From: a virus
Lineage: Duplodnaviria; Caudoviricetes
Strand: one strand, 5' to 3'
Virus record (IMG/VR): IMGVR_UViG_3300020294_000016
Location: 1-33,590 of that record
DNA: 33,590 nt
Shown here piece after piece: positions 24,399 through 33,590 of this stretch (position 1 is its first letter; every line of letters begins with the position of its first letter). Both the position numbers and the translations under genes were made by a program. The notes under the pieces are model-generated. The model ran no database searches. It was given only the letters and a program-made list of their open reading frames with translations, and was not told where the DNA came from.

Positions 24399-25844
24399 TT
24401 ACATGAGGTTCTGAACAACAGTACGCTGGTAATAGCGGTTGCTGTTAGAAGTAATGCGTCCAAGTCCTTGAGAAGTACCTTCAGCGAATGGGTTTGAAAC
24501 AAGACCGTATCTTGTCTTAAATCCAATTTTTGGCTGGAAGGTGTTCTCTCCAACTGCACGAACCATCTGTAGTGGAACATATGGGCAGTAGAACAGACCA
24601 GCATCATAAGGAGATGAACCCTTATAACCAACAACATAGTACTGGTTAGCAGCACTGTTTGCTGAGAATGGATCGATATAAACTCTGTACTTACCGTTGA
24701 TAGTACCAGCAAATGTGTTACCAGTATCGTCAACCTGTAGGTTAGCGTTAAGAGCAGGTGTGTAATCAAGTACACCAGCCATTGTTAGAGCAGATGCTAC
24801 ATCAGCAGAAGTAAGGATGATGTTACCCTTTCCACGACGAGTTCTCTGTGCGATTCTGTTGGCATCTCTTTCGATGTTGAACAGAAGACCTTTGAACTTC
24901 TCAACTGACCATCTACCATTGGAGTCAACATCTAGGTTAAAGAAACCTGCGTTTGCAACATTGACCTGTGAACCAGCTTCAGCAGTCTTGTAGATAGTAC
25001 GGATAACCTCACGGTTAATCTCAGCAAGTATCTCAGAAGAAAGAATGTTAGCAAGTTCTGCTTCTGCATTAAGACCATGAATTGCTTTAAGGTCTTGAGC
25101 GAGTTCTAAACTGTACTCTGCTTTTAGTGCTCTAGACTTAGCGGTTACAGTCACCTTCTCGATGGAGAATGCCATCTCGTTGAAGTGACCATTAGTGCCA
25201 TCGCCTAATGCTTCAGAGTCACCAGTTGCCATACCTTGACCAATACTATACTGTGCTTGAGTAGCATCGTTAGCATTGTTTTCTAGGATAGCAGGGTTTG
25301 TTCCCCTCTGTGTTCCAGTAGAACCGAAACCAACTGTACCGTCATCATCGGTAGCAGCAGTGTAATCACCCTGAGTTGTCTGACCAACATTAGTTCCTGC
25401 CTTATTTGCAGAGAATGCTGAATCTGGCTCGTTGAAGAATGATTCTGTTCCAGACTGGTTAGTGTATCTGGATCTCATTGCGAAGATAAGACCAGTCGGT
25501 CCGTTCATTGGCTGAACACCTGCTAACTCGTATGCAACGAGGTTAGGCATTGAACGCCTGATTAGACTGATTAGTACGGGGTCGAAACCTGCAACAGGAC
25601 CAGCAGCGGCTGCTGTTCCACTAAAACCACCTGAAGCACCAACAGCGTTACCACTGTTTGTTGGAGCTGCCTCAGTTAGCATTGAGGTTCCATTTTCAAA
25701 AGCTGATTGCTCTTGTAAAAACTTTTCTTGGTTCTCTAGGAGAACTGCGGTTACGGAGCGTCTGTGAGCGTCCTTAATAGGATCTACCCCTTCTGCATCT
25801 AGCAGAGGAGCCCACTTCTCCATAATCTGTTCGGCATTGTACAT
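24399..25844 (-). CDS. g23: Major capsid protein gp23
   Basis: GVQPMNGPTGLIFAMR, KSRALKAEYSLELAQDLKAIHGL, FYCPYVPL, FQPKIGFKTRYG. Confidence 0.99.
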   Translation of the reverse strand: MYNAEQIMEKWAPLLDAEGVDPIKDAHRRSVTAVLLENQEKFLQEQSAFENGTSMLTEAAPTNSGNAVGASGGFSGTAAAAGPVAGFDPVLISLIRRSMPNLVAYELAGVQPMNGPTGLIFAMRSRYTNQSGTESFFNEPDSAFSANKAGTNVGQTTQGDYTAATDDDGTVGFGSTGTQRGTNPAILENNANDATQAQYSIGQGMATGDSEALGDGTNGHFNEMAFSIEKVTVTAKSRALKAEYSLELAQDLKAIHGLNAEAELANILSSEILAEINREVIRTIYKTAEAGSQVNVANAGFFNLDVDSNGRWSVEKFKGLLFNIERDANRIAQRTRRGKGNIILTSADVASALTMAGVLDYTPALNANLQVDDTGNTFAGTINGKYRVYIDPFSANSAANQYYVVGYKGSSPYDAGLFYCPYVPLQMVRAVGENTFQPKIGFKTRYGLVSNPFAEGTSQGLGRITSNSNRYYQRTVVQNLM

Positions 25845-25876
25845 TGTACTTTACTTAATAGAGTTTGTAGGTTTAA

Positions 25877-26977
25877 TTATTTTCCACCCAATTTAAGGGC
25901 AGTAAGGTACTGATTCATTGATTTGGTTACATCAACTTCAGCCTCGTTTGCTATACCTTCCGAAATGGTTTCGGATTTGCTTGAAACCTGAGCTTTTGTT
26001 CCACTAGGGAAATAAGATTCCTTAAGTGTAACTAGCTTCTCACGGTAAGCGTTTTCACCCTCAAACTCAACTCCTTCAGCTAAAGATTGCAACTTCTCCT
26101 TTTGTGTCTCAGCAAGTCCTTCGGCTACTTCAATGAAAATTCCATCAGCTGTAGATTCGCCAAGACGCTTGTTAAGAGAGATGTTCTTCTCTAACTGTTC
26201 GTTAAGTTTGCCTTCCATATCATCTAGTTTATTTACCATGCTTTCCAGCACATCATATTTGTCGTCAGGGATTGATACATAATGATCTTCAAAAAGTGTC
26301 TTCATTCCTTCGAGGAATGATTCTGTCATCTCGGTCTTGAGACCATGCTCGACCTCGATAGCATTTTCCTTGAGCCACTCATCTGAAACATACTCAAGGT
26401 ATGAATCTGTGCGCTCAAGCAACTCAGACTTAACAGTTTCAAGATGCTCTGTTAAAGTCTTCTCATATTCGACAGACATTTCTTCTTTGATAACATTAAC
26501 TTTAGAGTTAACTGCTGCCTCGAAGATTGTCTTGGCCTTTGTTTGGAACTCTTCAGAAAGTTCTTCACCACCGAATAGAGCAGCAAGGTCTTCCTCTACA
26601 TTAACTGTAGGTTCTTCCTTAACTTCTTCCTCTGCCACGGTAGTTTCCTCCTTAGTAGGTTCTTCAGCAACAACTTCAGCAGACTCTTCTGCTTCAGGGT
26701 TGTCACCTTGCTTCAACACTTCAGTGCCAATTGATTTCATAGCATCTGCTTTACCAGCACCTTTATTGACGATATCTTTTACCGTCTTAATATTTGCTGA
26801 TTTGATTTTGCTAGAATCGTCTGTGGACTTATAGTTCTGAGGTGTTGGTCCGCCCAAATCCTCGTAAGATGCTGACGCTCCAGGACTAGTGGAATCATCA
26901 ACCTTCTTCATAGGATCAGCAGCCTTCGCACCCCTTGTTACAGGATTGTCCATTTCCTTAAGTTCCTTTGCGGCCAT
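25877..26977 (-). CDS. g22: Prohead core scaffold protein gp22
   Basis: Acidic coiled coil, LSEEFQTKAKTIFEAAV, YLEYVSDEW; lies between g21 and g23. Confidence 0.95.
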   Translation of the reverse strand: MAAKELKEMDNPVTRGAKAADPMKKVDDSTSPGASASYEDLGGPTPQNYKSTDDSSKIKSANIKTVKDIVNKGAGKADAMKSIGTEVLKQGDNPEAEESAEVVAEEPTKEETTVAEEEVKEEPTVNVEEDLAALFGGEELSEEFQTKAKTIFEAAVNSKVNVIKEEMSVEYEKTLTEHLETVKSELLERTDSYLEYVSDEWLKENAIEVEHGLKTEMTESFLEGMKTLFEDHYVSIPDDKYDVLESMVNKLDDMEGKLNEQLEKNISLNKRLGESTADGIFIEVAEGLAETQKEKLQSLAEGVEFEGENAYREKLVTLKESYFPSGTKAQVSSKSETISEGIANEAEVDVTKSMNQYLTALKLGGK

Positions 26978-27019
26978 TTTTGGTCTACTCCGAATAAGAT
27001 CGTTGTGATAATCTGTATT

Positions 27020-27027
27020 TATTTATA
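27020..27027 (-). promoter_or_regulatory. Late promoter TATAAATA for g22-g23
   Basis: Exact T4 late consensus in the intergenic gap. Confidence 0.85.
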
Positions 27028-27032
27028 AAATC

Positions 27033-27683
27033 TTAGAGATTTGATAGGAATTGATTAAACAATCCAAGCTTGTTCTCTTCAAGTTGTTTAGTATCAACTA
27101 GCGTATTGATCTTTTTATAAGTCTTATGCGCTAACTGTTCTCTAACTATTCCACCATCCCATACCCAGTCTTTACCTTCCATTATTCCAGATACAAATGC
27201 ATCTGGGGCAGAAGGATCTGCTACTATATCAGCAGCAGTAGCAAGCATAAAATCATCTGAGACAATTTTTACACCCTCTTCATTAACTGCTAATGTTCCA
27301 AGACCACGAGATGATACACCAAGTTTTACACCTTCATCGATAAGATTCTGTGCAATTTTTCCCATTGGTGTATTGAGAATTTTTGCTTTACCAACAAAGT
27401 TAGATCCACTTTCTTTAAGCGAAACTATTTTATGGGAAACTCTATCTAGATTTACTGTTGGTCCCTCAGGATGACCGAGTTCTCCAACTGCACGACCAGA
27501 TGCCACAAAACTTTCATTATACCTATGAACCTCCTTGCGAAGTGTGTCCATCGGATACATACGACCATTACGGTTCTGAATATCTCCTTGAAGGAAGATC
27601 CCTTCAATAAACATAGCTTTTTTACCGTTGCGATTTTCAACGATAAATTCTACATCTTCAATCTGTTCTGTGATTAACTTCAT
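27033..27683 (-). CDS. g21: Prohead core protease gp21
   Basis: NRNGRMYP, GELGHP, GVSSRGLG, DIVADPSAPDAFV. Confidence 0.97.
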   Translation of the reverse strand: MKLITEQIEDVEFIVENRNGKKAMFIEGIFLQGDIQNRNGRMYPMDTLRKEVHRYNESFVASGRAVGELGHPEGPTVNLDRVSHKIVSLKESGSNFVGKAKILNTPMGKIAQNLIDEGVKLGVSSRGLGTLAVNEEGVKIVSDDFMLATAADIVADPSAPDAFVSGIMEGKDWVWDGGIVREQLAHKTYKKINTLVDTKQLEENKLGLFNQFLSNL

Positions 27684-27687
27684 CGGT

Positions 27688-27951
27688 TTAATTGGTAAAT
27701 CCTACTTTAGATACTTGAACAGCACTACCTGTTACATATATCTTATCTGATGCATTCTTCTCAACCAGATCTGCACTATTATTGAGACTCGTAAAAGAAC
27801 CAATAACAGTACCACTAGAGTCAGTTCTAACTACAACAGCAGCACCTGCTGTTGAAAGTACTCTTACTACAGTAGCTTTATCAACATCTGTAGCATTACC
27901 AGATCCTACTGCTAATGAAGCAAATTCGCCTAAAGGCAATATTCTAGTCAT
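27688..27951 (-). CDS. Hypothetical virion-module protein (87 aa, MTRILPLGEF...)
   Basis: ATG at 27951 overlaps the upstream stop; the longer N-terminus in the track is an off-frame reading of the neighbour's repeat. Confidence 0.75.
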   Translation of the reverse strand: MTRILPLGEFASLAVGSGNATDVDKATVVRVLSTAGAAVVVRTDSSGTVIGSFTSLNNSADLVEKNASDKIYVTGSAVQVSKVGFTN

Positions 27952-28153
27952 TGGTTTCTTCTTCCTCAGGTTGAGTTTCCACTTCAGTTTCCACTTCTGC
28001 TTCTGCTTCTGCGCCAAACAAATTACCTGCAGCAGCAGGTCTTAAATCATCAATCTTCTTTGCAGATTTTGCATAAAGAACATCTTTGATTTGATCACTA
28101 ATGTCTGCAGCAGACGCATCTGTCGCTATCATATTGACGAGTTCTTCCATCAT
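27944..28153 (-). CDS. Small acidic prohead core protein (gp67-like)
   Basis: IKDVLYAKSAKKID..RP core with a Glu-rich tail; position between g20 and g21. Confidence 0.75.
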   Translation of the reverse strand: MMEELVNMIATDASAADISDQIKDVLYAKSAKKIDDLRPAAAGNLFGAEAEAEVETEVETQPEEEETND

Positions 28154-28174
28154 GATTTAATATACTGATAAAGT

Positions 28175-28182
28175 TATTTATA
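28175..28182 (-). promoter_or_regulatory. Late promoter TATAAATA
   Basis: Exact T4 late consensus; contains the TAA stop of the upstream oxygenase gene. Confidence 0.8.
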
Positions 28183-28765
28183 TCCTTCTAATCTCCTCCT
28201 TCGTTCTCAGAGACACAGAACACCATCCACTTACAAAATATTTATTTTCATTTGGAGCAGGAATTCCATAATGACTATGTGTCCATCCTGCTGGCCATAT
28301 GTATAAATCACCTGCTTCTGGTTTTGATGTGAAATTTTGTTGAGGCCAATGTGTACCACCATTTTTTATTATAGTATTTAAATAAAACATCCATGCTAAT
28401 ACTCTTTGACATGAATAATCCTCTGGACCATGTTCACAATGCTCAGCTTCATGTGGTTTTGTAGTTAATTTACATCCATAAAAATCACCAGGAAGAATTT
28501 TTTTAATCATAAAATTATCGTCTAATACAAGTTTCCAATAACCATTATATTCAAATTTTAAAAATGAATGTTTTTCTGCATACTCGTATATACCAGATAA
28601 TAAAGATTTTTTTAAAAAAGAAAACCTATTAGATTCTATATTTCCATCCATATAACAATAACCTCTAGGGTTATCATGACAATTAGATGATTCTAATAAT
28701 TCTATTAAAGTACTACACTCTTTCTTTGAAAGAGATTTTGGTTTATTAAAAATGTATTGATCCAT
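28178..28765 (-). CDS. 2OG-Fe(II) oxygenase (prolyl-4-hydroxylase-like)
   Basis: HCE...RVLAWMFYLN...GGT...GDLYIWPAGWTHSHYG...KYFVSGW. Confidence 0.88.
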   Translation of the reverse strand: MDQYIFNKPKSLSKKECSTLIELLESSNCHDNPRGYCYMDGNIESNRFSFLKKSLLSGIYEYAEKHSFLKFEYNGYWKLVLDDNFMIKKILPGDFYGCKLTTKPHEAEHCEHGPEDYSCQRVLAWMFYLNTIIKNGGTHWPQQNFTSKPEAGDLYIWPAGWTHSHYGIPAPNENKYFVSGWCSVSLRTKEEIRRI

Positions 28766-28780
28766 AATATAAAAGAATAT

Positions 28781-30454
28781 TCAAATCTCTCCTTCATTAT
28801 CCTTGGGCATTTTCTGTGGTTGAGGTTGTGCTGGCAATCCTTCTTGTGCCATTGGATCTCCCATTGCTGCCATTGGATCACCAAAAGCACCTTGCTCCAT
28901 CTCTAACATCTGTTGATTTGGGTCAGGTAAAACACCACTAGCAATCTCTTCTTCAATTTGCTCATCTATTTCTACAATTTCTGCATCCTTTTGACGCAAT
29001 ACATTTCTTCTTACATATTCTGTAGAGTAATATCTACCAACATAAGGTTCTACCATACCAAGAAGACCTAAACGACCTTCCATTAGTTCCTTATCTTTTA
29101 GTTCTGCAAAGTGATTGTCGTAGATAAAGTCGAACTGAATATGCTCAGACATTACCTCCCAGTCTTCAGTAGTAACTATATTCTTAAGAAGTAACTGAGT
29201 TCTAAGCATATCTAAGAAGATCTTACTAAAACGCTTACGCAGTCTTCCTACCCATTTGCTGAATTTAAGTTCATCCCTTAGAATCTCTGAGCTACGGCCA
29301 AGATTAAATCCATCCCCAGATCCAGCGATTCTAGATTCAGGTACTCCCAAAGATCTGTACAACTTAGATTGGAAATACTCAATGTCAGCCAACTCCCCAA
29401 GGTTCTGTCCACCTGGGAGTGTTGTAATTTCTGTTCCTCTTCCACCCTCTCTTCTGGGTAACCAGAAATCTTCAAGCATGGACATGTATTTTTTATCATC
29501 CCTAATTTCTCCTGTTCCTGAATCATATACTAGTTTATTTCTGTAACGAGACATTACATCTCTTAGATATTGCTCTGCTTTAATCTTTGGAAGGTTACCA
29601 ACATCAATGTAGAATATCCTTCTTTCTGGAGCACGAGATAGTCTGTATATAACAAGACTATCCTCAATCATTCTAAGTTGATTGAGTGACTTAATTGCTT
29701 TTTGGAGATACGATAAGACTGTACCCTTATTCCTATCGACAAGACCAGAAGTGCAATATGTAATCGAATCTTTTGCAAGTTTAACCCCCGACATTGAAGT
29801 ACCTGCACCACCCATTGCCATGTTAGTAGGATAGCGTGGTTCAGGAGTATACATGAAATACTCTTCTATCTTCGGAAAATATACCTTCTCTGACTCATGT
29901 ACATTTGCCGTATTAAAGATATTACCTTTATCATCTTTCTTCTTCTGTTCCTTACGGACATATCGCATCTTCATAGGATCGATATATCTTAATTCCTGTA
30001 TACCATCCTGAGGTTTTTTAACATCAATTACTTTATTATAATATACTCGGCCATCAACATACCAGTTCCTAAAGATTTCATGCGCTTTAGAATCAAAATC
30101 TAATAGATCTTTGATATGTTTAAATTCTTCTCTAATTCTATCCTTAATACCATCCGATGCATTAAGATTATCCAGATCAATTTCTACAGGAGAATCATTA
30201 ACATCTGATACTATTGCTTCATTAACAATATCTTCTACAGCGTTATCCACCTCAGGGTGGAGTGCCATTTCTCTATATTTACGAATAGCAGCATGTTCAT
30301 TTTTATAGATCCCTTCAAGATCTATCACCTGACTTGAGAAACCAGACTGTATATAATAATCAACCCCGTCCTCGCCAGTTTGCGGAACGGGGGATACTAC
30401 ACCCTTAGGTAAATCGTCTTTATCCTCAATAGAAAATCCAAAAAGCCGTGCCAT
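28781..30454 (-). CDS. g20: Portal vertex protein gp20
   Basis: YRLSRAPERRIFYIDVGNLPK, EDFWLPRREGGRGTEITTLPGG, RDELKF. Confidence 0.99.
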   Translation of the reverse strand: MARLFGFSIEDKDDLPKGVVSPVPQTGEDGVDYYIQSGFSSQVIDLEGIYKNEHAAIRKYREMALHPEVDNAVEDIVNEAIVSDVNDSPVEIDLDNLNASDGIKDRIREEFKHIKDLLDFDSKAHEIFRNWYVDGRVYYNKVIDVKKPQDGIQELRYIDPMKMRYVRKEQKKKDDKGNIFNTANVHESEKVYFPKIEEYFMYTPEPRYPTNMAMGGAGTSMSGVKLAKDSITYCTSGLVDRNKGTVLSYLQKAIKSLNQLRMIEDSLVIYRLSRAPERRIFYIDVGNLPKIKAEQYLRDVMSRYRNKLVYDSGTGEIRDDKKYMSMLEDFWLPRREGGRGTEITTLPGGQNLGELADIEYFQSKLYRSLGVPESRIAGSGDGFNLGRSSEILRDELKFSKWVGRLRKRFSKIFLDMLRTQLLLKNIVTTEDWEVMSEHIQFDFIYDNHFAELKDKELMEGRLGLLGMVEPYVGRYYSTEYVRRNVLRQKDAEIVEIDEQIEEEIASGVLPDPNQQMLEMEQGAFGDPMAAMGDPMAQEGLPAQPQPQKMPKDNEGEI

Positions 30455-30483
30455 TATAATAGAAAGATACCTTGATACCCTTC

Positions 30484-30490
30484 TATTTAG
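30484..30490 (-). promoter_or_regulatory. Late promoter candidate (CTAAATA) for g20
   Basis: Late box immediately after the g19 stop. Confidence 0.65.
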
Positions 30491-31111
30491 TTAGGCAACA
30501 TCACCGCCATTTCCAGCAGCTTCCCACCACTGAACTTGTAAGGTGACGGTAAACTCTTCAACCGCATCAGATGAATCGTATGAAAGATCTATCTGGGATA
30601 CATTAGTTGGGAATATACTATAGAACTTATAAGTTCTAAGTACAGGCATATTTTGTTCTGAAGATTGTGATGCAGAATCAACACCAGATCTTCCGAGCTG
30701 GTATACATATGCATCTTTAGTATAATCTTCTGGATTAATATTACCAGCGTTATCAGATACCTTAGACATGGAGTTCATCCATCTCTCAAAGGAACCTCTG
30801 ATAGCAAAGTCGGTGTCATTGATTACAGTAATAGTCCATTCATCGAATGTTCTGTCTCCAGCAATCTTAAGTTGACGACCTCTAAAAGGTACGCTGATTG
30901 GAGCGATGTTAGATGCAGGAAGCGCAGCAGCCTTGACAAGGAATCTTGTCTTAGGATCTATGTCGCTTACTGACGCATCTACTGTGCCATCTGGGAATGC
31001 AAGAACTACCTCAAACAGATTAGGTCTTGCAATACCACCAGTTAACCTGGACTTGAACTTATCAATAGTCCTTTCCGAGGTCTTTGGTGGGTTTGCGGAA
31101 TTGATTGCCAT
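30491..31111 (-). CDS. g19: Tail tube protein gp19
   Basis: ARPNLFEV, FRGRQLKIAGDRTFDEWTITVIND, EEFTVTL. Confidence 0.97.
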   Translation of the reverse strand: MAINSANPPKTSERTIDKFKSRLTGGIARPNLFEVVLAFPDGTVDASVSDIDPKTRFLVKAAALPASNIAPISVPFRGRQLKIAGDRTFDEWTITVINDTDFAIRGSFERWMNSMSKVSDNAGNINPEDYTKDAYVYQLGRSGVDSASQSSEQNMPVLRTYKFYSIFPTNVSQIDLSYDSSDAVEEFTVTLQVQWWEAAGNGGDVA

Positions 31112-31140
31112 TAGTCTTTTACCTAAAGTGGGTTAATAAA

Positions 31141-33426
31141 TTAAACCTTGCCGATAACTTCGTCAAAGGAAACTCCTGTGCGTGTAGCAACAAAGGTTAG
31201 TCCGATGAAGTTAATAGATCTTGCTGGTTTGATATAGATGTCAGCAACAAACTCATTGCTGTCAATGATAGCAGGGGTGTTGTTGGTTTCATCGCAGATG
31301 ACGACAAAATCCTGAATACCACGCTTGGACTGTACATCACGGAGGAATGGTTCAACGATATTAATAAAGTTGATCCTTGTGATCTCATCGTTGAATTCAA
31401 ATAGGATGTCTTTGGCAGCAGCAGCGATTGCCTTCTCAAGGAAGATGAACAATCTACGAACATTGATTCTGTCAAAGGCAGAAGACCTACCTAATGCAGT
31501 CTTGTCACCGAAGAGAATAATACCTGCTCCAGGTGAAGTAACTATTGGGTTAATTCTGTTGGAGTATAACTTGTCTCTGTGGACTTGGTTTGGTGTGTAT
31601 GCTAATTTAACAGCATTCAGAATAGCACCTCTTGCAGTTCCGCCTGGTGAGAACCAAGGGAAGTTATTGATGTCATTTCTAGCACATGTGCCAGCAATGT
31701 CACCATTCATAGGAACATATCTGAACTGTTGATTAAACCTGTCATACATGTACTTATAACCACTATCGAGTATGGCATAAGAACTTGATGTAATAGGTGA
31801 ATAGTAATTGATGATGTTATCAGTTACTGTATCAGCTTTTAATGTGAGCATCTCAGCATCACCAGCTCCAGTCTTAGTTAAGAACTGTGATCTTGCTGGT
31901 GATAAGAATGCAATTGCATCTTTTCTAAACTCAGCAATTTCGATCAACTTGTTTGAAAGTGCTTGCACTTCATAAGGTGTTCTTGCTGCAGAACCTAATA
32001 ATAGGAAGTCGCAATCAGTTTCTTCTGGGTTACGGAATAGATCGTATGCTTCTTGAAGAGCACCGATGTCTAGATCCAATGCCCCTAACTCCTCAATAGA
32101 AGTCTTACCGTTATAATCCTTACCATTAGCAAGTGATACGACATAGTTACCAATAGAACTGAAGGTAATGTTTTCAGTATCCTGATCCCATCCACCATCT
32201 CCAAAGGTATCCCAACCATCAGCAGAGAAACCAGTTGTTACGATACCTGCAGGAGCACCGCCTCCAAAGAGACTAGCAGAACCTGTTTCAAGTACCTTTC
32301 TCCAGTAAGCAGATGAACCAGCAGAGTATTGTGAATCTTTTGCTTTAGATAAGTTACTGAATTTTTCTAATACAGAACCTGCATTACCAGTAATCTTACC
32401 AGTATCATCATAAACAACTATATGGAATTCATCAAACCTTGCATTTCTTTCGACTGCATAGGATGATGTTCCTGGTCTGTCAACAATTGAGTTCCACTTA
32501 ATTTTAGGACCAGGTTTGTCTGGGTTAGTACCTAGAGTAATGGATTGAGCATCGAACCAATCACTAGCATTGGTGTAAGTAACAATTCCAGAGTATGCAC
32601 CAGCAGCAAGTCCTCTCCAACTACCGTAAGTTCTTGACTCACCAGTATGAATACCAAGTGCTTGATTTACTCCTGCAGGATCTACAAACTTGTAGTTTCC
32701 TCCTTGTTGATAATCAACTGGACTTTCTGTTCCAGCAGAAGATACATGAGAGATTAACTTAACAGTAATCTGTGCATTACCAACTTCAGTAATTTGTCCT
32801 TTAAATATACCATCTAACAATTCAGTTGTACCAGCACCAACACCTTGTCTAGGAACAACAGTGCCAGCAGGAACTCCCTGAGTTATACCATATCCAACTT
32901 TAAGATCTATAGGATTGATAGGAATAGTTGTAGAACCATAACCCAATACATTAGTTGTTTGGATGCCAGTAAATATCTGATCTCCAAGAGAATCTAATAC
33001 TGCAACTTTAATACCATTTGACCAAGTACCTGGGTTCTTAGCAGCAAATGTTACACCTGCAATGGTGTTCTCTGCATAAGTCAAGTTAGTATAGTCGTCA
33101 CCACTTTTGATTTTGACGCTATTTGCAGTTCCAACGAAACCATTTTTAAGTTCTTCGTCATCTGCTCTAATAATACTCATCACACCACCATAGGCGAGAT
33201 AAGATGAAGCAGTTAACCAATACTCGTAATGATTATCTTTAGGGTAAGGTTGTCCATAGGTATCCAGAAGGTCTGCCTCTGTCTCTATGAGTTGAGGGCT
33301 CTCTACTGGTCCTTTCGCAAATGGAGCAGCCAAGCAACCAGTCTTTGTTGATGTCGCATCAACTCTACCGTTGGTTAGGTCAACTTCCCTTACTACAATA
33401 CCAGGAGATGCTAGATTAAGTGGCAT
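31141..33426 (-). CDS. g18: Contractile tail sheath protein gp18
   Basis: SPGIVVREVDLT, PWFSPGG, FDRINVRRLF, IKPARSINFIGLTFVATRTG. Confidence 0.98.
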   Translation of the reverse strand: MPLNLASPGIVVREVDLTNGRVDATSTKTGCLAAPFAKGPVESPQLIETEADLLDTYGQPYPKDNHYEYWLTASSYLAYGGVMSIIRADDEELKNGFVGTANSVKIKSGDDYTNLTYAENTIAGVTFAAKNPGTWSNGIKVAVLDSLGDQIFTGIQTTNVLGYGSTTIPINPIDLKVGYGITQGVPAGTVVPRQGVGAGTTELLDGIFKGQITEVGNAQITVKLISHVSSAGTESPVDYQQGGNYKFVDPAGVNQALGIHTGESRTYGSWRGLAAGAYSGIVTYTNASDWFDAQSITLGTNPDKPGPKIKWNSIVDRPGTSSYAVERNARFDEFHIVVYDDTGKITGNAGSVLEKFSNLSKAKDSQYSAGSSAYWRKVLETGSASLFGGGAPAGIVTTGFSADGWDTFGDGGWDQDTENITFSSIGNYVVSLANGKDYNGKTSIEELGALDLDIGALQEAYDLFRNPEETDCDFLLLGSAARTPYEVQALSNKLIEIAEFRKDAIAFLSPARSQFLTKTGAGDAEMLTLKADTVTDNIINYYSPITSSSYAILDSGYKYMYDRFNQQFRYVPMNGDIAGTCARNDINNFPWFSPGGTARGAILNAVKLAYTPNQVHRDKLYSNRINPIVTSPGAGIILFGDKTALGRSSAFDRINVRRLFIFLEKAIAAAAKDILFEFNDEITRINFINIVEPFLRDVQSKRGIQDFVVICDETNNTPAIIDSNEFVADIYIKPARSINFIGLTFVATRTGVSFDEVIGKV

Positions 33427-33463
33427 CTTTTCTTTCCTCTATAGAATCCAATTTGTCTATGAT

Positions 33464-33470
33464 TATTTAT
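33464..33470 (-). promoter_or_regulatory. Late promoter (ATAAATA) for g18
   Basis: Tandem TAAATA boxes (GTAAATAATAAATA) upstream of the g18 ATG. Confidence 0.7.
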
Positions 33471-33507
33471 TATTTACTGCGCTTTAAACGGGGAAACAGC
33501 ACATGAA

Positions 33508-33590
33508 CTACCAATCTGGGTAGCACCAACTTCCATTATCCTTTTTTCTACTTGATTTAATTCTTTCTATAGTACATGCCCTACACTCAT
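33508..33590 (-). CDS. C-terminal end of a small CxxC-containing hypothetical protein (partial)
   Basis: Frame reads ...ECRACTIERIKSSRKKDNGSWCYPDW*, entering from the right edge. Confidence 0.55.
   Translation of the reverse strand, partial: ECRACTIERIKSSRKKDNGSWCYPDW

Noticed and set aside
24311-24775. 154-aa alternative-frame ORF overlapping g23
   Set aside because: Leu/Thr/Val-rich off-frame shadow of biased g23 codons; it runs through the terminator and has no motifs.
26337-26834. 165-aa plus-strand ORF, and the other plus-strand ORFs in the track (e.g. 6162-6530, 31325-31732)
   Set aside because: Antisense shadows of conserved minus-strand genes; Ser-rich, with no recognisable motifs.
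27958-28012. Short tandem repeats (CTTCTG, TTTCCACTTC)
   Set aside because: Coding repeats for the AEAEAEVETEVET acidic tail of the prohead core protein.
28847-28879. Direct repeat TGCCATTGGATC x2
   Set aside because: Encodes the low-complexity GDPMAAMGDPMA tail of gp20; not a CRISPR array or att site.
1-33590. Alternative genetic code, CRISPR array or integrase
   Set aside because: All core genes are full length in the standard code; no spaced repeat array or recombinase gene was seen.

Overview
Segment of a T4-like marine cyanomyovirus genome (Kyanoviridae-type; an AT-rich Prochlorococcus/Synechococcus phage is inferred). Every credible gene is on the minus strand. Reading right to left: the virion module (g18 sheath, g19 tube, g20 portal, prohead core, g21, g22, g23, g3), then uvsY, uvsW, g55, g47, g46, g45, g44, g62, regA, hsp20, g43, uvsX and g41. 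Single accessory genes sit between the core genes: five 2OG-Fe(II) oxygenase-like genes, a GIY-YIG homing endonuclease, pyrE, a Dam-like methylase, a permuted arginase/UPF0489-like metallohydrolase, a HAD/phosphomannomutase-like gene, a QueG (epoxyqueuosine reductase)-like Fe-S protein and a psbN-like gene absent from the ORF track. Main highlights: (1) a ~180-nt structured RNA (manA-motif-like) with its own sigma70 promoter embedded in the hsp20 terminator; (2) a HAD gene whose catalytic motif lies upstream of any ATG/GTG/TTG, implying a CTG start or a -1 frameshift fusion to RegA; (3) a nested hairpin covering an internal AUG; (4) overlapping divergent promoters at g55; (5) the QueG-like enzyme. 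Family assignments come from motif recognition only; no searches were run.
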